Part shown: positions 48,347 through 61,780 of the stretch, piece after piece | Layout: every line of letters starts with the position of its first letter | Numbering within the stretch: position 1 is the stretch's first letter | From: Macrostomum lignano | Lineage: Eukaryota | Assembly (NCBI GenBank): GCA_002269645.1 | Contig: NIVC01000818.1 | Span: 18,181 to 82,180 of the forward strand | Length of the DNA stretch: 64,000 bases | Reading direction: 5' to 3' | Translations under genes and position numbers: made by a program | The notes under the pieces: model-generated | Database searches by the model: none | What the model was told of the DNA's origin: nothing | The model's input: only the letters and a program-made list of their open reading frames with translations

Positions 48347-49227
48347 GCTTTCTGAACTCGCTTTAGATTTGGTACGAGCGTAATTTCATGCTTCGTTTCT
48401 CTGAAAGAATTCCCACCCCCCCCTTATTGACTCAAGACCGTGACGGATTTGAGCCGTGTGGTGCTTCTTCCATCAGGCATCCAGAAAAAAATCCGATTAA
48501 TGATGCACGCCATTCGCTTTCTCTGAAAAAAACGCTCGACTCCCTACCCAGCTTACAGAACAATGCCTGGTCACGTGTTCATTTTGCAAGGAGACGATTT
48601 GTTTTCCAGCTCTGCGAATCTTCTGAGCAGCTCACGCTCATTCTTTTTAATTCACGCTGAGAGGCCGTGAGAGATGTTTTTCACGCTATGTGGAGCAGGT
48701 TGGATCTGGTAAACACTGGGAAACTTTCTTGGGAAAATGGGATCGAAAACAGTTGATTCGTGACTGGGAGACGGGGGGGATCTGCCACGTGACGAAATAG
48801 GAACTGCCAAACTGGGTAGAACGTTTTCGCCTTGCATTGAACGACGCTATAAAGAAACTTTCAATTACACTTCAAGCATTCTCTTTACAACGAAAGCTCT
48901 ACTACTCTCAGGCAGGTTCGGTGACACAGGCTTGATTGGTGCTCTGCTCTGCTCACAAGATAGAAGCCCGAGGGACAGAGTTTCTTGCCCCAAAAAGTTT
49001 GTGTAAACTCGGCATCAATCATTGCCTTTCCTCTTCTTTTTTCTGATCCAACTTTTTTAAAGCCGCTTTTTGTTGACACACGTTGCCGTGACAGCAGCGG
49101 CAACAGAGTGAGACTGGGGCTCATGATCTAACAAATTTTGAGGGCCAATGAGATTCGAGTCTTCTAAAGTTGCAAGAGAATATATGGGGGGACTTCACAA
49201 TCACGGACTGAAGGCTTGAATTCATTA

Positions 49228-50192
49228 GCTATTGCACTCGATTGGTGCCTAAGCTGCAGACTATTGCACTCCATTGGTGCCTAAGCTGCAGACTATTGCA
49301 CTCCATTGGTGTCTAAGCTGCAGACTATTGCACTCCATTGGTGCCTAAGCTGCAGACTATTGCACTCCATTGGTGTCTAAGCTGCAGACTATTGCACTCC
49401 ATTGGTGCCTAAGCTGCAGGCTATTGCACTCCATTGGTGTCTAAGCTACAGGCTATTGCACTCCATTGGTGCTTAAGCTGCAGGCTATTGCACTCCATTG
49501 GTGCCTAAGCTGCAGGCTATCGCACTCCATTGGTGCCTAAGCTACAGGCTATTGCACTCCATTGGTGCTTAAGCTGCAGACTATTGCACTCCATTGGTGC
49601 CTAAGCTGCAGGCTATTGCACTCCATTGGTGTCTAAGCTACAGGCTATTGCACTCCATTGGTGCTTAAGCTGCAGGCTATTGCACTCCATTGGTGCCTAA
49701 GCTGCAGGCTATCGCACTCCATTGGTGCCTAATCTACAGGCTATTGCACTCCATTGGTGCCTAAGCTGCAGACTATTGCACTCGATTGGTGTCTAAGCTG
49801 CAGACTATTGCACTCGATTGGTGCCTAAGCTACAGGCTATTGCACTCCATTGGTGTCTAAGCTGCAGGCTATCGCACTCCATTGGTGCCTAAGCTGCACG
49901 CTATTGCACTCGATTGGTGCCTAAGCTGCAGACTATTGCACTCGATTGGTGTCTAAGCTGCAGACTATTGCACTCCATTGGTGCCTAAGCTGCAGGCTAT
50001 TGCACTCCATTGGTGTCTAAGCTGCAGGCTATTGCACTCGATTGGTGCCTAAGCTGCAGGCTATTGCACTCGATTGGTGCCTAAGCTGCAGGCTATCGCA
50101 CTCCATTGGTGCCTAAGCTGCAGGCTATCGCACTCCATTGGTGCCTAAGCTACAGGCTATTGCACTCGATTGGTTCCTAAGCTACAGGCTAT
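49228..50192. repeat. 32-bp minisatellite (ctattgcactccattggtgcctaagctgcaga)n, about 30 copies, ending at the start codon of WSC-PAN C
   Basis: Period 32 (49261 to 49293); the last unit merges into ggctATGcag. Confidence 0.96.
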
Positions 50193-52501
50193 GCAGCTGA
50201 CGTTCCAGAAACTGCTGGCAGCTCTGCTGTCACTTGTCAGCCTGCTGGTGTCGGCCCAGCTGGTAGTCAAGTCCGTCAACTACATCGGCTGCTTCGTTGA
50301 CCTCAACGACAGCTCCAGGGACTTGACGGGCCTGTCGGGCATCACCCGGATTGGCCCCTTCAGCCAGATCAACCCCGCGGGGAGCCACCTGTTCCGCTTT
50401 GACATGACCATCGGCAGGTGCGTCAGGCTGTGCTCGCTCGGCCGGTTCAGGTACCTCGGCCTGCAGGCCACCGGCTTCTGCAGCTGCAGTCGGAGCCACG
50501 GCTCCCACGGGCCGGCCTCCGAGACCGAATGCAACCGGAACTGCACGGGCCATGCCAGACAAATCTGCGGCGGTCTGCTCAGGAATTCGATTTACGAACT
50601 GGCTTATAAAGACGGTGAGCGAGCGATGGACTCTGGATTGTTGAGCACAATTAAAAGCGAATCTTGAACAGCTCATTTCTACCACTAAGGATTAAATTGC
50701 TTGCTCCCAGGGACAGTTGGTTCGGAAGACTCTACAATCATGGGCAGCTGTTTAGATTGAAGCCCCATTGAAACGCACTAAATTTCCTACACTTCAAATT
50801 TGTGCTCAGCGAACAATGCTAGGAATTCCCATTGTGAAACAAACACGTCCTGCGACTTTATAAATCAATGTTAAATCAAGTGTAAACTTCAAACTTCAAA
50901 TAAATAGAGAGTCAAAATAAACAATCAATGTGGATAAAATTGTTTTAGACAATCTAAATGATAATTTGGACATTCAACATGAGACACGCATACAGCGAGC
51001 TGCAGCAGCTTGCTGGCAAACTGGTATTGGCCACGGAGTCCGTGGAGTCCGTGTTTGAGGCGGCATTCTGCTGCTGCTGTGTGTACGGTTTGCTGCTGCT
51101 GCTGGTGCGCGCGATGAGAGAAATTCTCATTTAGAATGGCTTTTTATCGATTAGATTGGCCACAGACTCTGTCCACGGAGCGAGCTGCCGCAGCCATAGA
51201 GCAGCCATTGGCCATAGAGTGTTTCTCGTTTTGAATGTCCAAATTATCATCTAGATTGTCAAAAACGATTGTGCACCACCCAGGAACTCCTCATATGGGC
51301 ATCGAATAGAGCAACACTCGTGCCATGCGCGTGTTAAGAAACTTTCAATTGACCTGGACCCAGGTGCCTTCCACATCTGGTGACTTTGGTTCAGACCAGA
51401 CTAATGTCACATCAAAGCCACGTCAGCCATATCTTCTCTTGGGCTCAGATCATAGACTAGACTCAAAAAGAACTCTTAGAATTGTTTGCTGAGCCAAGGA
51501 TCCGCCCTCGGCCTGATAAAAACGCATCCTCGGACTTTCTTTTCCATAGAACGATTAATTATCACGTGTGATCTATACTTCTAAACCGACAATATCTACC
51601 TCTAGTTGAAACATGGTTGATTCAAATCATGGGTTTCAACCATAGACAGTCTCCGCGGACCGCGAAATTACCACAAAAAGACTGCTGAAATAACAGTCAT
51701 TGTCTTTTCATTCTGCCAGCGGGCCCCAATTTTGCAGTCGGGCATCTGTGGCGTTTTCAGCTCACATTTTTAGTAGCCGTCTTTCCCCAATATAACTGTC
51801 GGTTGCTTCCTTTCACTCAAAGTAGATTGTTCTAGTCTGCCGTTCTCCAAGTTGGGTGTAGAAATCCAAGCCATGATAGACTCGAAGCAGCTGCGATTTG
51901 CATTTGTTGATCTGTCTCACAATGCATTCCATCGGAGCTTAAATTTTTAACTCTTCTTCTTCTTCTTCTCTTCTCTTGTTTCTCTTATTTACAGTCTCGA
52001 AACTTTGTCTATGGTCTGAATGTACGCCCCGACAGACGCTCAGCCCCACAGCCCAGCTAGCAGCGGTACAAATCTATGGTAAATATATGGAACCTCCTAT
52101 TTCCGTCCGCACAGAGGGGTAACACGGGCATGAACAATAAGTTCTTCAAGTAAACTACTGTATTTCTTAGGATGCATATTGCTGGGAATTACTTGCAGTT
52201 TTAGGGTATCCTGGATTGTCGTCAACAATAAAACAAAGCCTCTGGTATTTCAGCAACTGGCGGCTTCAAGACGCTGCCAGCAGCATCGCAGCCTCTGGTG
52301 TCTGACCCAGGATTCAGTGCCAGCACTCACTGGAGTCTGCCCGCCGCCGTGTCGCTCGAGTGCCTTGCCGCCTGCCACCGCAGCCCCAACTGCCTCGCCT
52401 GCGCTTTCGTGCAGTCCAGCCGGATGTGCCGGCTCCTGAGATTCGCCGCTGTTCCCAGCGAGGTCGCCAGCGAGGCCCAGTGGGTCTGGATGAAGCTGTG
52501 A
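50191..52501 (+). CDS. Secreted WSC-PAN protein C; exons 50191-50614, 52254-52501 (223 aa)
   Basis: Signal peptide MQLTFQKLLAALLSLVSLLVSA; YIGCFVD...CGGLLRNSIY; donor G|gtgagc, acceptor tatttcag, phase 1; PAN exon. Confidence 0.87.
50942..51266. mobile_element. MITE-like element with about 35-45-bp terminal inverted repeats in the intron of gene C
   Basis: ttttagacaatctaaatgataatttggacattcaa (about 50943) is the inverse of ttgaatgtccaaattatcatctagattgtcaaaaa (about 51231-51265); target-site duplication not resolved. Confidence 0.75.
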
Positions 52502-53264
52502 TCCTTGACTGAGCCGTCACTTAACAAAAATTCCCAAATTACATCATGCTCTGCGACAAAAATAAACCTGGGCCAGTGCCCTGCTGGGAAAAATTGTCAC
52601 GGTTAGCGCATGTACGTGTGGCTACTACGAGTAGCAGAGAAGCGTAAAACTTCGATTTTTTGCACCAAACGAGTTATAAAATTGGAATCGGTTCGAAAAT
52701 CTTTTATCGAAACAAAAAACTACAGTAAATCCACTCAAGCACGGGAGCTCAGTGTCTCAGTTTTTATGTTCCCATAAAATTAAAGCTCTCATCGGATTAG
52801 CTACGGAGGAAGGCACAATGCGTCTCTTCTATTTTACAGTTGCTATTAGCAACTGAAAATCTGCATAAAAAAACAAAAAATGCAGGCGCTCCTGCCAGTC
52901 TCGTACGATGGTAACAATGGCAAGCCATGCATCCGTGGCTCTTTTTATTGAGTAGCAGTGAAACATTGATCGTGCAGTCTTCAATGCGGGAAAAATCTGC
53001 TGTCGAAAAAGCTGCAGAAACATTCAATCGGAGTGCGAATCGATATCCGGTGCGCTAAACGGCTTAAGTCATTATTGCTGAGCACGTCTGACACAATGAG
53101 GCCGCCATCAATGGTGGAACCGGAGACCGGAAAGGCTGCAGTTTCAGCCTATTGCGGTTGTGGATTCCCTCAGACTCTCAGGGGTTCGGTTGACTATATA
53201 AGTAACTCAAGACAGCCCTCAGCTCGAAGCAGCTCGCCCACTGGCCCCGGGCCCAGGCTCCAGG

Positions 53265-54357
53265 ATGTTGCATCCCTTGCTGCTCCTAGTACTAGCAGCC
53301 CTGAGCACAATGGCGAATGCTCAAGCAACAATTAGCCACTCAAACTACATCGGTTGCTATGTGGACGGGGACGACACCAGCCGAGACTTGACCGGCATGG
53401 CGCCGTTTTCCACCTTCGCGTCCACGAGCGTCGGGTCCGGCATTCTGTACAGGCCGGACATGACGGTGTCCATGTGCGGCAGGATCTGCGCTCTTGGCAG
53501 ATTTCGCTACTTCGCTCTACAGGCCACCGCCTTTTGCAGCTGCGATTCAACCTACGGCAGCCACGGATCCGCAGCCGAAGCCGACTGCTACCAGGACTGC
53601 GCTGGCAACGCGTCGGAGAAGTGCGGCGGACCCTACAGGAATTCCATCTACGAAAATGTCTACCAGCCTGGTACGAGCCCGCGTCTAGGAGGCTTTAAAG
53701 CCTTCTTTAAAGAAAACTAAAGCCTTAGCTGTTCTTTGTTGCGTAGCCACCTGAGTAGCTGAAGTCCCTCTGGGAAATCTTGAGAGGTCTAACTATGGCT
53801 GAAGAACTAAGTTCCCTGAATATATTCATAACAGAGTCGTGAACAAGGACTACATGTACTAAAGTAGAAGGACGCAACACTCAAAGTTCAGAAGCTCAGT
53901 GTCGTCATGACGTCAGCCGAAGCTTAGGGACGACTGGTCATGTACTCTGGAGGCAGTGCAAGACTGCGAAATACCGGTACGAGTACAGAAGAGACTCTAG
54001 ATGGCACGCGCACGTATCGTATTTGTAGAAAGAGCCTTTTTTATTTAAGACCAGAACGGCATGGTCCTCACTCCCCTACGCCGCATTTCTTCACTTACAG
54101 TCGGTTCAAAGTTCACCAAGGCCGCCTCGAGCTCCAACAGCATCGTGAAAAACGCAGGCCAGTCAATCCTGACCCACTGGAACGACACCTCGCCATCAGC
54201 CAACGGCCAAATTAAATGCGCGGCCACTTGCCAGCGCAACCCAACCTGCCTCGGATACGCCTTCGGGCAGTCCAGCCGCACCTGCTGGCTGACGACCTTC
54301 GCCTTGGCGCCCCCGATCGTCGCTGGCGAGTCGGCCTGGATCTGGATGAGGAACTGA
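53265..54357 (+). CDS. Secreted WSC-PAN protein D (divergent PAN); exons 53265-53670, 54101-54357 (220 aa)
   Basis: Signal peptide; YIGCYVD...MCGRICALGRFRYF...CGGPYRNSIY; phase-1 gtacga..ttacag intron; PAN CAATCQRNPTCLGYAF...C. Confidence 0.88.
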
Positions 54358-57007
54358 AGCTGGAAACCAGCAAGTTCGAGCGAAGCGATCACTCGGCTGC
54401 GACACAGACAGATTTTTGAGTAGCAACGCAATGAGCAAAATATAAACAAAAGAATTTCTTGCAACCCAATTTTTATGCATTCTGGAGTTCTCTTTTCTTA
54501 GAATGACTTTCCTAAATTTAAAATCCTGCTACAGCTACCAGAACTATAAGCAGCTTTCTTAAAACTTTGACTCATCGATCCACAACTTGACGTTTCGAAC
54601 ATTACAACAACAAAACAAAAAATACGCAACTCAGAAAAGTAAAGTCATGCTGTCAGCGTGTGTCAAATAGAGCGCCGCAACGCGGTGTCGGGCGCTCCGG
54701 CGTTGCACAGCAGGAAGTCCACATGTATCGAAAGGTTCGCCTGGCCCTCCTAAATGGGCCCCGTGAAGTATATAAGCAGCAGGATGGGCAGCAGCTCTCG
54801 GTCCGGATCTCGTGGCCCGCCGGCGCAGGATGGTGGACGGGCGTTGTAGCTGGGCCCTCAGGCGCAGGTCTTGGTCCCGACTCTCTCGTCAGCTCGAAAG
54901 GCCGCACGGAGCAACTCCGAGCGCGCCGAGTCCATCTGCCGCTCCAGAGTGGCCATCGGCGTTCAAGTCTCGGCGTTGTACAGCTGGACGATTTTTATCA
55001 CCGTTTGTCACAGCCGTCGAGCCCTCTGGCAGTCGGGCAGAGCATCGGACTGAAGGACAGCCCGGATGGATGGGTAGCCTGTCAGGGGCGAGCCCTTAAG
55101 TCTAGAACGTACGAAAAGGTTTGTAGTGCATGCGCCCTTGTCAGTTGGCAGGGCGCGTTGCACTTTGGGGCTGGTTGGGGGGGGGGTTGGCGGGCGTGGC
55201 AGGGTCTGGCCGCCGGCCGGGCTTTGCGCGTGCCCCTCCCCAGCCGTGCCCCTGCCCCGTGCTCAGGGCTGGATGGCTGCGGCCGGGCCAGCTTTGGCGT
55301 GGGTGCGGCCCCTCCCCCCCTAGGCGGGGTTTTGATTGGCTGGCCGGCGTGGCCAGTCTATTTTGTTGGGGTAGCTTGTTTGGGTGGGCTTAGCCGGTGG
55401 GGCCATCTGCCCCAGGGTTTGATTATTATTTAATGCGGCTCTGGGCCTTGCTCGCGCCATTTGCTCTGTTTGCTCTGTTTGTTCTGTTTGTTCTGTTTGT
55501 TCTTTTTGTGTTTTTGTGGGCTCCGAGATAGTAAGCGCGAGACTTGACTTGAGTAAGAAACAGCGACATTAGCTACCTACGATAACAGAAACCCGAGAGC
55601 TCAATTGAGAAGTCAGTCTTTGAAAAGAGTCTGAGAATTAAGAAGAAATTAGAAGCCGGCTTGAGACCTCAGAGCCAATCAACAAACGTGCGAACCTGCG
55701 CTTGAGACCTACGAGCAATAAACGTACGAACGGCGATTTGGCCACTGGTAAGCCGCTGCTGCTTGAGTTCGTTCTTTTCTGGGAGCTTGTTAGGCTGAGT
55801 TCTTGCCAGAGCGTCATAACGCCGGGAGATCATATAGCTTTTTGTAGTATTGTACCGTCTACTCTATATAGTGTGTACAACCTACAGTATTGAGACTAGA
55901 AGCACTCGAGAGTGTCACCACACCTCAAGTCGCAGCGTGAACTCTGAGTGTCACAACACCAGAGGGATCGAAATATTATTGCAGAGCGTCGTCACGCCTT
56001 CTCGTATCCATAAAAGTACAGACAGAGCGTCACTACGCCTGTATATTACGTATAATATATATTGTACTCGGGACTGGGCACCCAAACCGACCCGGGTTAC
56101 GACAGGTTGTTACGAAGTCGTTACGTCGTTACCACGTTACGAAAAAGTCGTGTATCGAAACTTTTAGACGTTTCCTACGGCTGTTTGTTCCATTTAGTGT
56201 CAGCTTTCCAGCGCTGTGGAAAACAGTCTCGACTCCACCGAAAAAAATCATTGTATTTCAGTCACTTAGGGTCACACGGACTTTCACGCACAATGGCCCC
56301 GTGCGCAGCCGTAGATCCCCGTAAACATCGTAGACCATGCAGCTAGACCAGCGAGGCACATGAACCGCTGGCATCGCAGAAGTTCAGTTACGATGGTTTC
56401 CTGGATGCTGGCAATTAGGCCAACGCATATACAGCAGCAGACTTAACCCAACGGAAGTCGTTTTAGAAAGTTTTTTTTAAAATCCTTAGAAATGACCCAA
56501 AACAGTAAATTTGAGCTCCGATAAGCATCTAATTTACGGAGACCCAAGCGCATAGACTTCTAAAAGTTTAAAACGACCTTCTATTGAAATCCATGGAAGA
56601 ACCTTGAAGCTTCTTTCGAAAAAGCATTCGCTGCGGTTGATTGTTGCTTTTGTTCTGTAACTCTATTTTTCAAGCAGAAATTTGCTATAAAAATAGTCAA
56701 TAGGCTCAGTAAACGGTGCAACCAACAACGGAAGTAGGGAGCCGGTACATTATTGTCATTTTTTCTTCTAATAACAACCTCTGTCTGCACCCAACTATGG
56801 GCATGATGTTGGCTCGTATCGGCCTATTGGGGGGCGCAGAGCTGGGGAACTCGGCAGCCTGGCCCTTCAGTTGCCGTAGGGCGCTGTTGAGGCGCTGCCA
56901 GATTACGAGCACGAGCGTATTACTCAATCAGCAGAGATCTAGAAATCAGTAAATCACCTCTTAACAAAGGACTTGAAAAATGCCTATGCTCGTAGGTCCT
57001 GGCTTAG

Positions 57008-57290
57008 CCTTTATTATTATTAAGATGCAGAGGGAAGACCCCACGCGCTCACGCGCTCGCATGCAGAACAGGCGGGAAAGGCTGACAGCAGCGGCTCCTG
57101 AGGGGTCCAGCAAGTCAGCGATGAGGCAGTCAGTCAGAGCGACAGTGCGGGCGTGCACGGACGTGGCGCAGTTGCTCGGTCGGCCGGTGTAGCAATGCGA
57201 GGGCCAGAGGGACGGGCGCACCGCGGCCAAGGGTCCGGAGGCAGTGGCCCAGAAGCATCTGACGGCGCCGGCGCAGGGTATGCCTCCTAA
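57008..57290 (-). mobile_element. 3' fragment of a non-LTR retrotransposon (RTE/L2-like) with (TAA)n tail
   Basis: Minus-strand remnant LRRRRQMLLGHCLR...DCLIADLL resembles the C-terminal LINE ORF2 R.R...GH..R motif, followed by taataataataa. Confidence 0.5.
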
Positions 57291-58016
57291 TATTTAGTAC
57301 TCAACACACGCGCTACATGTACCCTTAGTATGTGAATTGTGCATTGTGCATTGACATGTACTTTATGATGGCAAACACTCCGCACTGCAGTTAGTATGGG
57401 CGTTAAATGAAGCACGTCTATTGAAGAGGTTATTGTTGGTGTTAAAATACAAAAAATCAGGAAGACCGAATATAATGCTAATTAATGCTCTCACAAACTA
57501 CTGAAAGTAAGATTTAAGAACGGACCACGCCTAGAAGGGCTTTGGGTCTCCCTCGCTCGTTTTTCTAAGCAGAAGCCACGGCACGGAAACCATGGGTAGA
57601 GCCGTAATGTCCTTTGTCCACAGCCGGTGCAGAAGGTGCTGCTTCTGACTCTGCGGGCCGACTCCGCAACCGGTTGTCACCAAATTTCTCAATATTACTC
57701 GTATATTTTTCAACGATTTTCAATGCAAGAATATTGAATAATATTTGCTGGGAATCCATCTTGGCGTTGATGATGCAACAGAAAATAACTCTGATCAGAG
57801 AAAGTCACAGCAGAGCAAGCAAAGTTAATCAAAGCTCAAAACTAATCATTTCCAGCATCAAACTCCAGTTTAGAAGTGACTTTATTAACTTTAACAGAGA
57901 ATTAAGAGAAGTAGGCTAAGAAATACAAAGATTTTAATCAAGGAGGGGCTCTCGATTTGTCAGTAATAATGGCTCCGCTGTTACGGACTGCTCAAGTTCA
58001 ACTCATCGCTCACTGA

Positions 58017-58769
58017 TCACAGCTTCACCCAGACCCACTGGGCCTCGCTGGCGACCTCGCTGGGCACAGCGGCGAATCTCATGAGGCGGCACATCCTGCT
58101 GGACCGCACGAAGGCGCAGGCGAGACAGTCCGGGCTGCGGTGGCAGGCGGCCAGGCATTCAAAAGCCACGGTGGCCTCCTGGCTCCAGTAAACCCTCCTG
58201 ACCAGCATTTCGAGCACGGTGATCAGGGCGATTTCGGTTGAAGCCATCGACTTGTAGGACCCATTGGCTGGAAGTTAACGGAGAAATAAAACTTATTTTA
58301 AACAAAAACATTGTCAACAGCCACATCTTAACTCACCTGATGTGTAGATGTTTTCATGCAGACTGATTTTTTTGGTCCCACCGCAGGACTGCGAGTTGTT
58401 TCCGGCGCACTTCTTAACATCGCAGCCTCCACCGTTGCACGGCGGAATACGCTGCACAGTCGACCCGCAGACGCACTCGCTCCCATCGCGCAGACCGAAG
58501 TAACGAAATCTGCCCATGGCGCAGGCGCCACTGCAGAACTCGATGGTCATGTCGTCTCTGTCAAGGACGCCTCTTGCAAGGTCAACATCATAGGCTCCAA
58601 GCATTGCCACACCCGTCAGCCCGTTCAAGTCTCCATGCGAGCTGTTACCGAAAGTGTCCAGGCAGCAGTCCACGTGGTTAATGAATTGCACAATGGGCTG
58701 ACCGAACACCGAGGCAGCTGTCAAGAGTCCAACAGTCGAAGTGAGCGAGATGAAGACCCATGGCAACAT
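58017..58769 (-). CDS. Secreted WSC-PAN protein E (most divergent WSC); exons 58769-58337, 58267-58017 (227 aa)
   Basis: Signal peptide; FCSGACAMGRFRYFGL...CVCG...CAGN.SQSCGG; donor G|gtgagt, acceptor cttccag, phase 1; PAN exon 3' part nearly identical to A types. Confidence 0.85.
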
Positions 58770-58896
58770 TGCTGTTGCAGTTTAGCAGCAACAGGGAAAT
58801 TTCACGGAGAACATCTGGCCTGGCCGCTTAAATGCAGTTGATGCTGACTTTGCAGCTCTTTTACTTTATTGGTTGCCAGGCCCTGATGCTGAAATG

Positions 58897-58910
58897 GTTG
58901 CTATGGAAAC
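58897..58910. promoter_or_regulatory. RFX X-box-like motif GTTGCTATGGAAAC upstream of WSC-PAN E
   Basis: Fits the X-box consensus; about 130 bp upstream of the minus-strand ATG, in otherwise non-homologous flank. Confidence 0.5.
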
Positions 58911-59803
58911 GATGCAGCTGTGCGTACAAGCCAGGCCCGTATGAGATATTTGCATCATCGAAGGCCAGTCCCAAGTTTCGGCCTTAATGAAATATGGGAG
59001 ACTTTTAAGTGGTGACAGCACCGGTGTGTGAATGCTTTATGAGCTGTCACTCATTTTCTTGCGAGCGTCATCAATATTTGACTTCAATCTCTCACTCTCA
59101 CACAGTCACTGACGTAAAAAATCGTGTGAACGTGCGTGATTTCGGACATTTTATACCGTACTTACAAGTCAGTAAGGTGGTGATTAACGTGCCTCAGTAA
59201 TTCTTTTATTACGAGTACTTTTCAACTTCAGCAAAATAATTTCGTCGCTTCTCTGCTCCAGTTTACATGCAGTTCCCAACGTATCATATTCAACCATCGC
59301 TATGAGCACACAAGCAACTTTGCGAGCAGCGGCTCTTGCAAACTTTTCTTTCTTCTTAACTTTTCTCCTAGAAGCTAGCTTTGATAATTCACTTTGCGAA
59401 GAAAAAGTGAATAAAATTGTCATACCTTGTTGGGGTTACAGCGGGAATTTTCGCAAACTGCCTTCTCACACGGCCATGCTCTCCACGAAGTGATAGTCGT
59501 TGTTCCGACAGAAGTCACGAGATGCTCAGCTTCCTACCAAAAAGCATCATTCACATGCGGAAGCAGAGCGGCGCTGCAACAGGAATTGAAGACTGCCTTC
59601 AGTTTGGATCGATCACAGTTTCTCACGTCTCCACAGCTTTTGTTAAAGCATCAGCTGCAGTGTTCCATTCTCAGTGAGCACTTCGCACCGGGCATGATCC
59701 GGTCTTGGAGCCGCTGCTCCGGAAGACAAGAGTTTGCAGCGGCAGGACGCGCGGCTTCCTCTTGGCTTGGTTTAGCTTAGTACCTGGCATATCAGCAGGC
59801 AGG

Positions 59804-60092
59804 TGCAATATTAGCAATCATGAATGCAATATCAGCAATCATGAATGCAATATCAGCAATCATGAATGCAATATTAGCAATCATGAATGCAATATCAGCA
59901 ATCATGAGTGCAATATCAGCAATCATGAATGCAATATTAGCAATCATGAATGCAATATCAGCAATCATGAATGCAATATCAGCAATCATGAATGCAATAT
60001 CAGCAATCATGAATGCAATATCAGCAATCATGAATGCAATATCAGCAATCATGAGTGCAATATCAGCAATCATGAATTCAATGTCAGCAATC
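59804..60092. repeat. 21-bp minisatellite (atcagcaatcatgaatgcaat)n, about 13-14 copies
   Basis: Directly visible. Confidence 0.95.
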
Positions 60093-60751
60093 GTAAAAAC
60101 TCTTTGTTTCGTAATTCTACTTTTTAGTGCTTCTGTGCTCAAAGCTTCCTAATGGGGTCTCGCTCAAGCAGAAGCTGTGAAACAATTTAGGAAAGAAGCA
60201 CCACATATCTGCTTTCACATGTATAGCTTGTATTAAAATATTGAGGCACTTTCGGTTTGATCTTACGATATGGAGAAGTATCTGATATATGCCTGGGTAA
60301 TTCTCGCATAAAATAAAACGAAATTGCTCTGATTACATCTACTACTGTTTCAGTAGCATAAGTCAGTTTTAGATGCTAAAAATAGGCGGCGAGTTTGATT
60401 TTCATTTTTCACCAATTCTAACTATAAGCTACCTTTTACGAGCTACTAAAATGTTAAGCAGCACAGCATCAGAGTCAGCCAATGCATTTTTTGCCAAAAG
60501 GTCAAACTCGTACTAATCTTGAAATCTCGATCTACATGCATTGTATTTGTTATATAGCTCGCACAGGCATTGAAGCAATGTAATCTATTAACTGGCTCAT
60601 ACCAAAGCAGAGAGGCAATAAATATAGTCTAGAAAATATATTAAATATTGTCAATATTCCATCGGATGTTGCGCCAAAGAGCAGCTACAGGTGTGCAGAG
60701 ACTTCATGCCTAGAGAATCTACCAAAATGATCAGCGACAGACCATCGCAGG

Positions 60752-61514
60752 TTACTCAGTGTACAGCTTCACCCAGACCCACTGGGCCTCGCTGGCGACC
60801 TCGCTGGGCACAGCGGCGAATCTCATGAGGCGGCACATCCGGCTGGACTGCACGAAGGCGCAGGCGAGGCAGTCCGGGCTTCGGTGGCAGGCGGCGAGAC
60901 ACTCGAAGGCCACCGTGGCCTCCTGGCTCCAGTAGGTGCTGTTCTCCGGCTGTCCGGGCGCGGTGGTGAGCATCGACTTGGTTGAGGCCACGCGCTTGAA
61001 GAGGCCGGTCTCTGAGCAGCAGCACAAATGCAGAAAAATGTAGATGCAGGAATTGTTAGCCAAAAGACCCGAAAATGTTCTTACCGGGCGCATAGATGTT
61101 CTCATAAATGGAGTTTCTACTTTGACCGCCGCACTTCTGGCTGCTGTTTCCAGTGCAGTCTTCGTTACACTCAGAATCTGATGGAGCGGCTCCGTGCAGT
61201 CCATAGCTGTTGCCGCAGAAGCAGAAGGCTCGTGCCTGCAGACCGAAGTAGCGAAATCTGCCCAGGGCGCAGAGGCTGCTGCAGCTCTCGATGGTGACGG
61301 TGGCCATATTGAAAAAGTAGGCGAACTCTATCTTATCGGTGAAAGGCCCGATGGTCTTCAGCCCAGTCAGGCCTTTCAAATCTCTATTGCTGTTGCTGTC
61401 AACAAAGCAGCCGATGTATCCGTGATGCAGCACACTTGGCTGACTCATCGCCACCAGGAACAGCAGGGCCAGAGGCACGGATAGGAGGACAATCAGGTGC
61501 ACGGAGCGCTGCAT
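60752..61514 (-). CDS. Secreted WSC-PAN protein A4; exons 61514-61085, 61011-60752 (229 aa)
   Basis: Inverted paralogue of A1-A3; intact splice sites, phase 1; C-terminus WVWVKLYTE. Confidence 0.9.
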
Positions 61515-61766
61515 GCTGGCGCACTGGCGGTTACAGTAAGCTGGATGAAGACTGAAGGCTGCTGGACACCCTTTGACTAGATTTGCAGGCAAGCCAAGAG
61601 ACCAAGCCAAGACGTCTTAGGCGGATGCGTATTATATACAAAATTCGCCACAAGAAACAATGGCATGAATGAATGAAATTCATGCAGATGCAATTTCATT
61701 GGTTGCTGCGACTCGCGGCCTAGTGGCAAAAGTTCTCTTGGGCAGACTGGCGAGCAGTTCAGACAG

Positions 61767-61780
61767 GTTGCCATGGTAAC
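61767..61780. promoter_or_regulatory. RFX X-box GTTGCCATGGTAAC upstream of WSC-PAN A4
   Basis: Near-perfect palindromic X-box about 250 bp upstream of the ATG. Confidence 0.6.

Noticed and set aside
54660-55433. 257-aa ORF in the GC-rich block
   Set aside because: Non-ATG start, low-complexity Gly/Arg/Ala composition expected from GC content, and no domain motifs.
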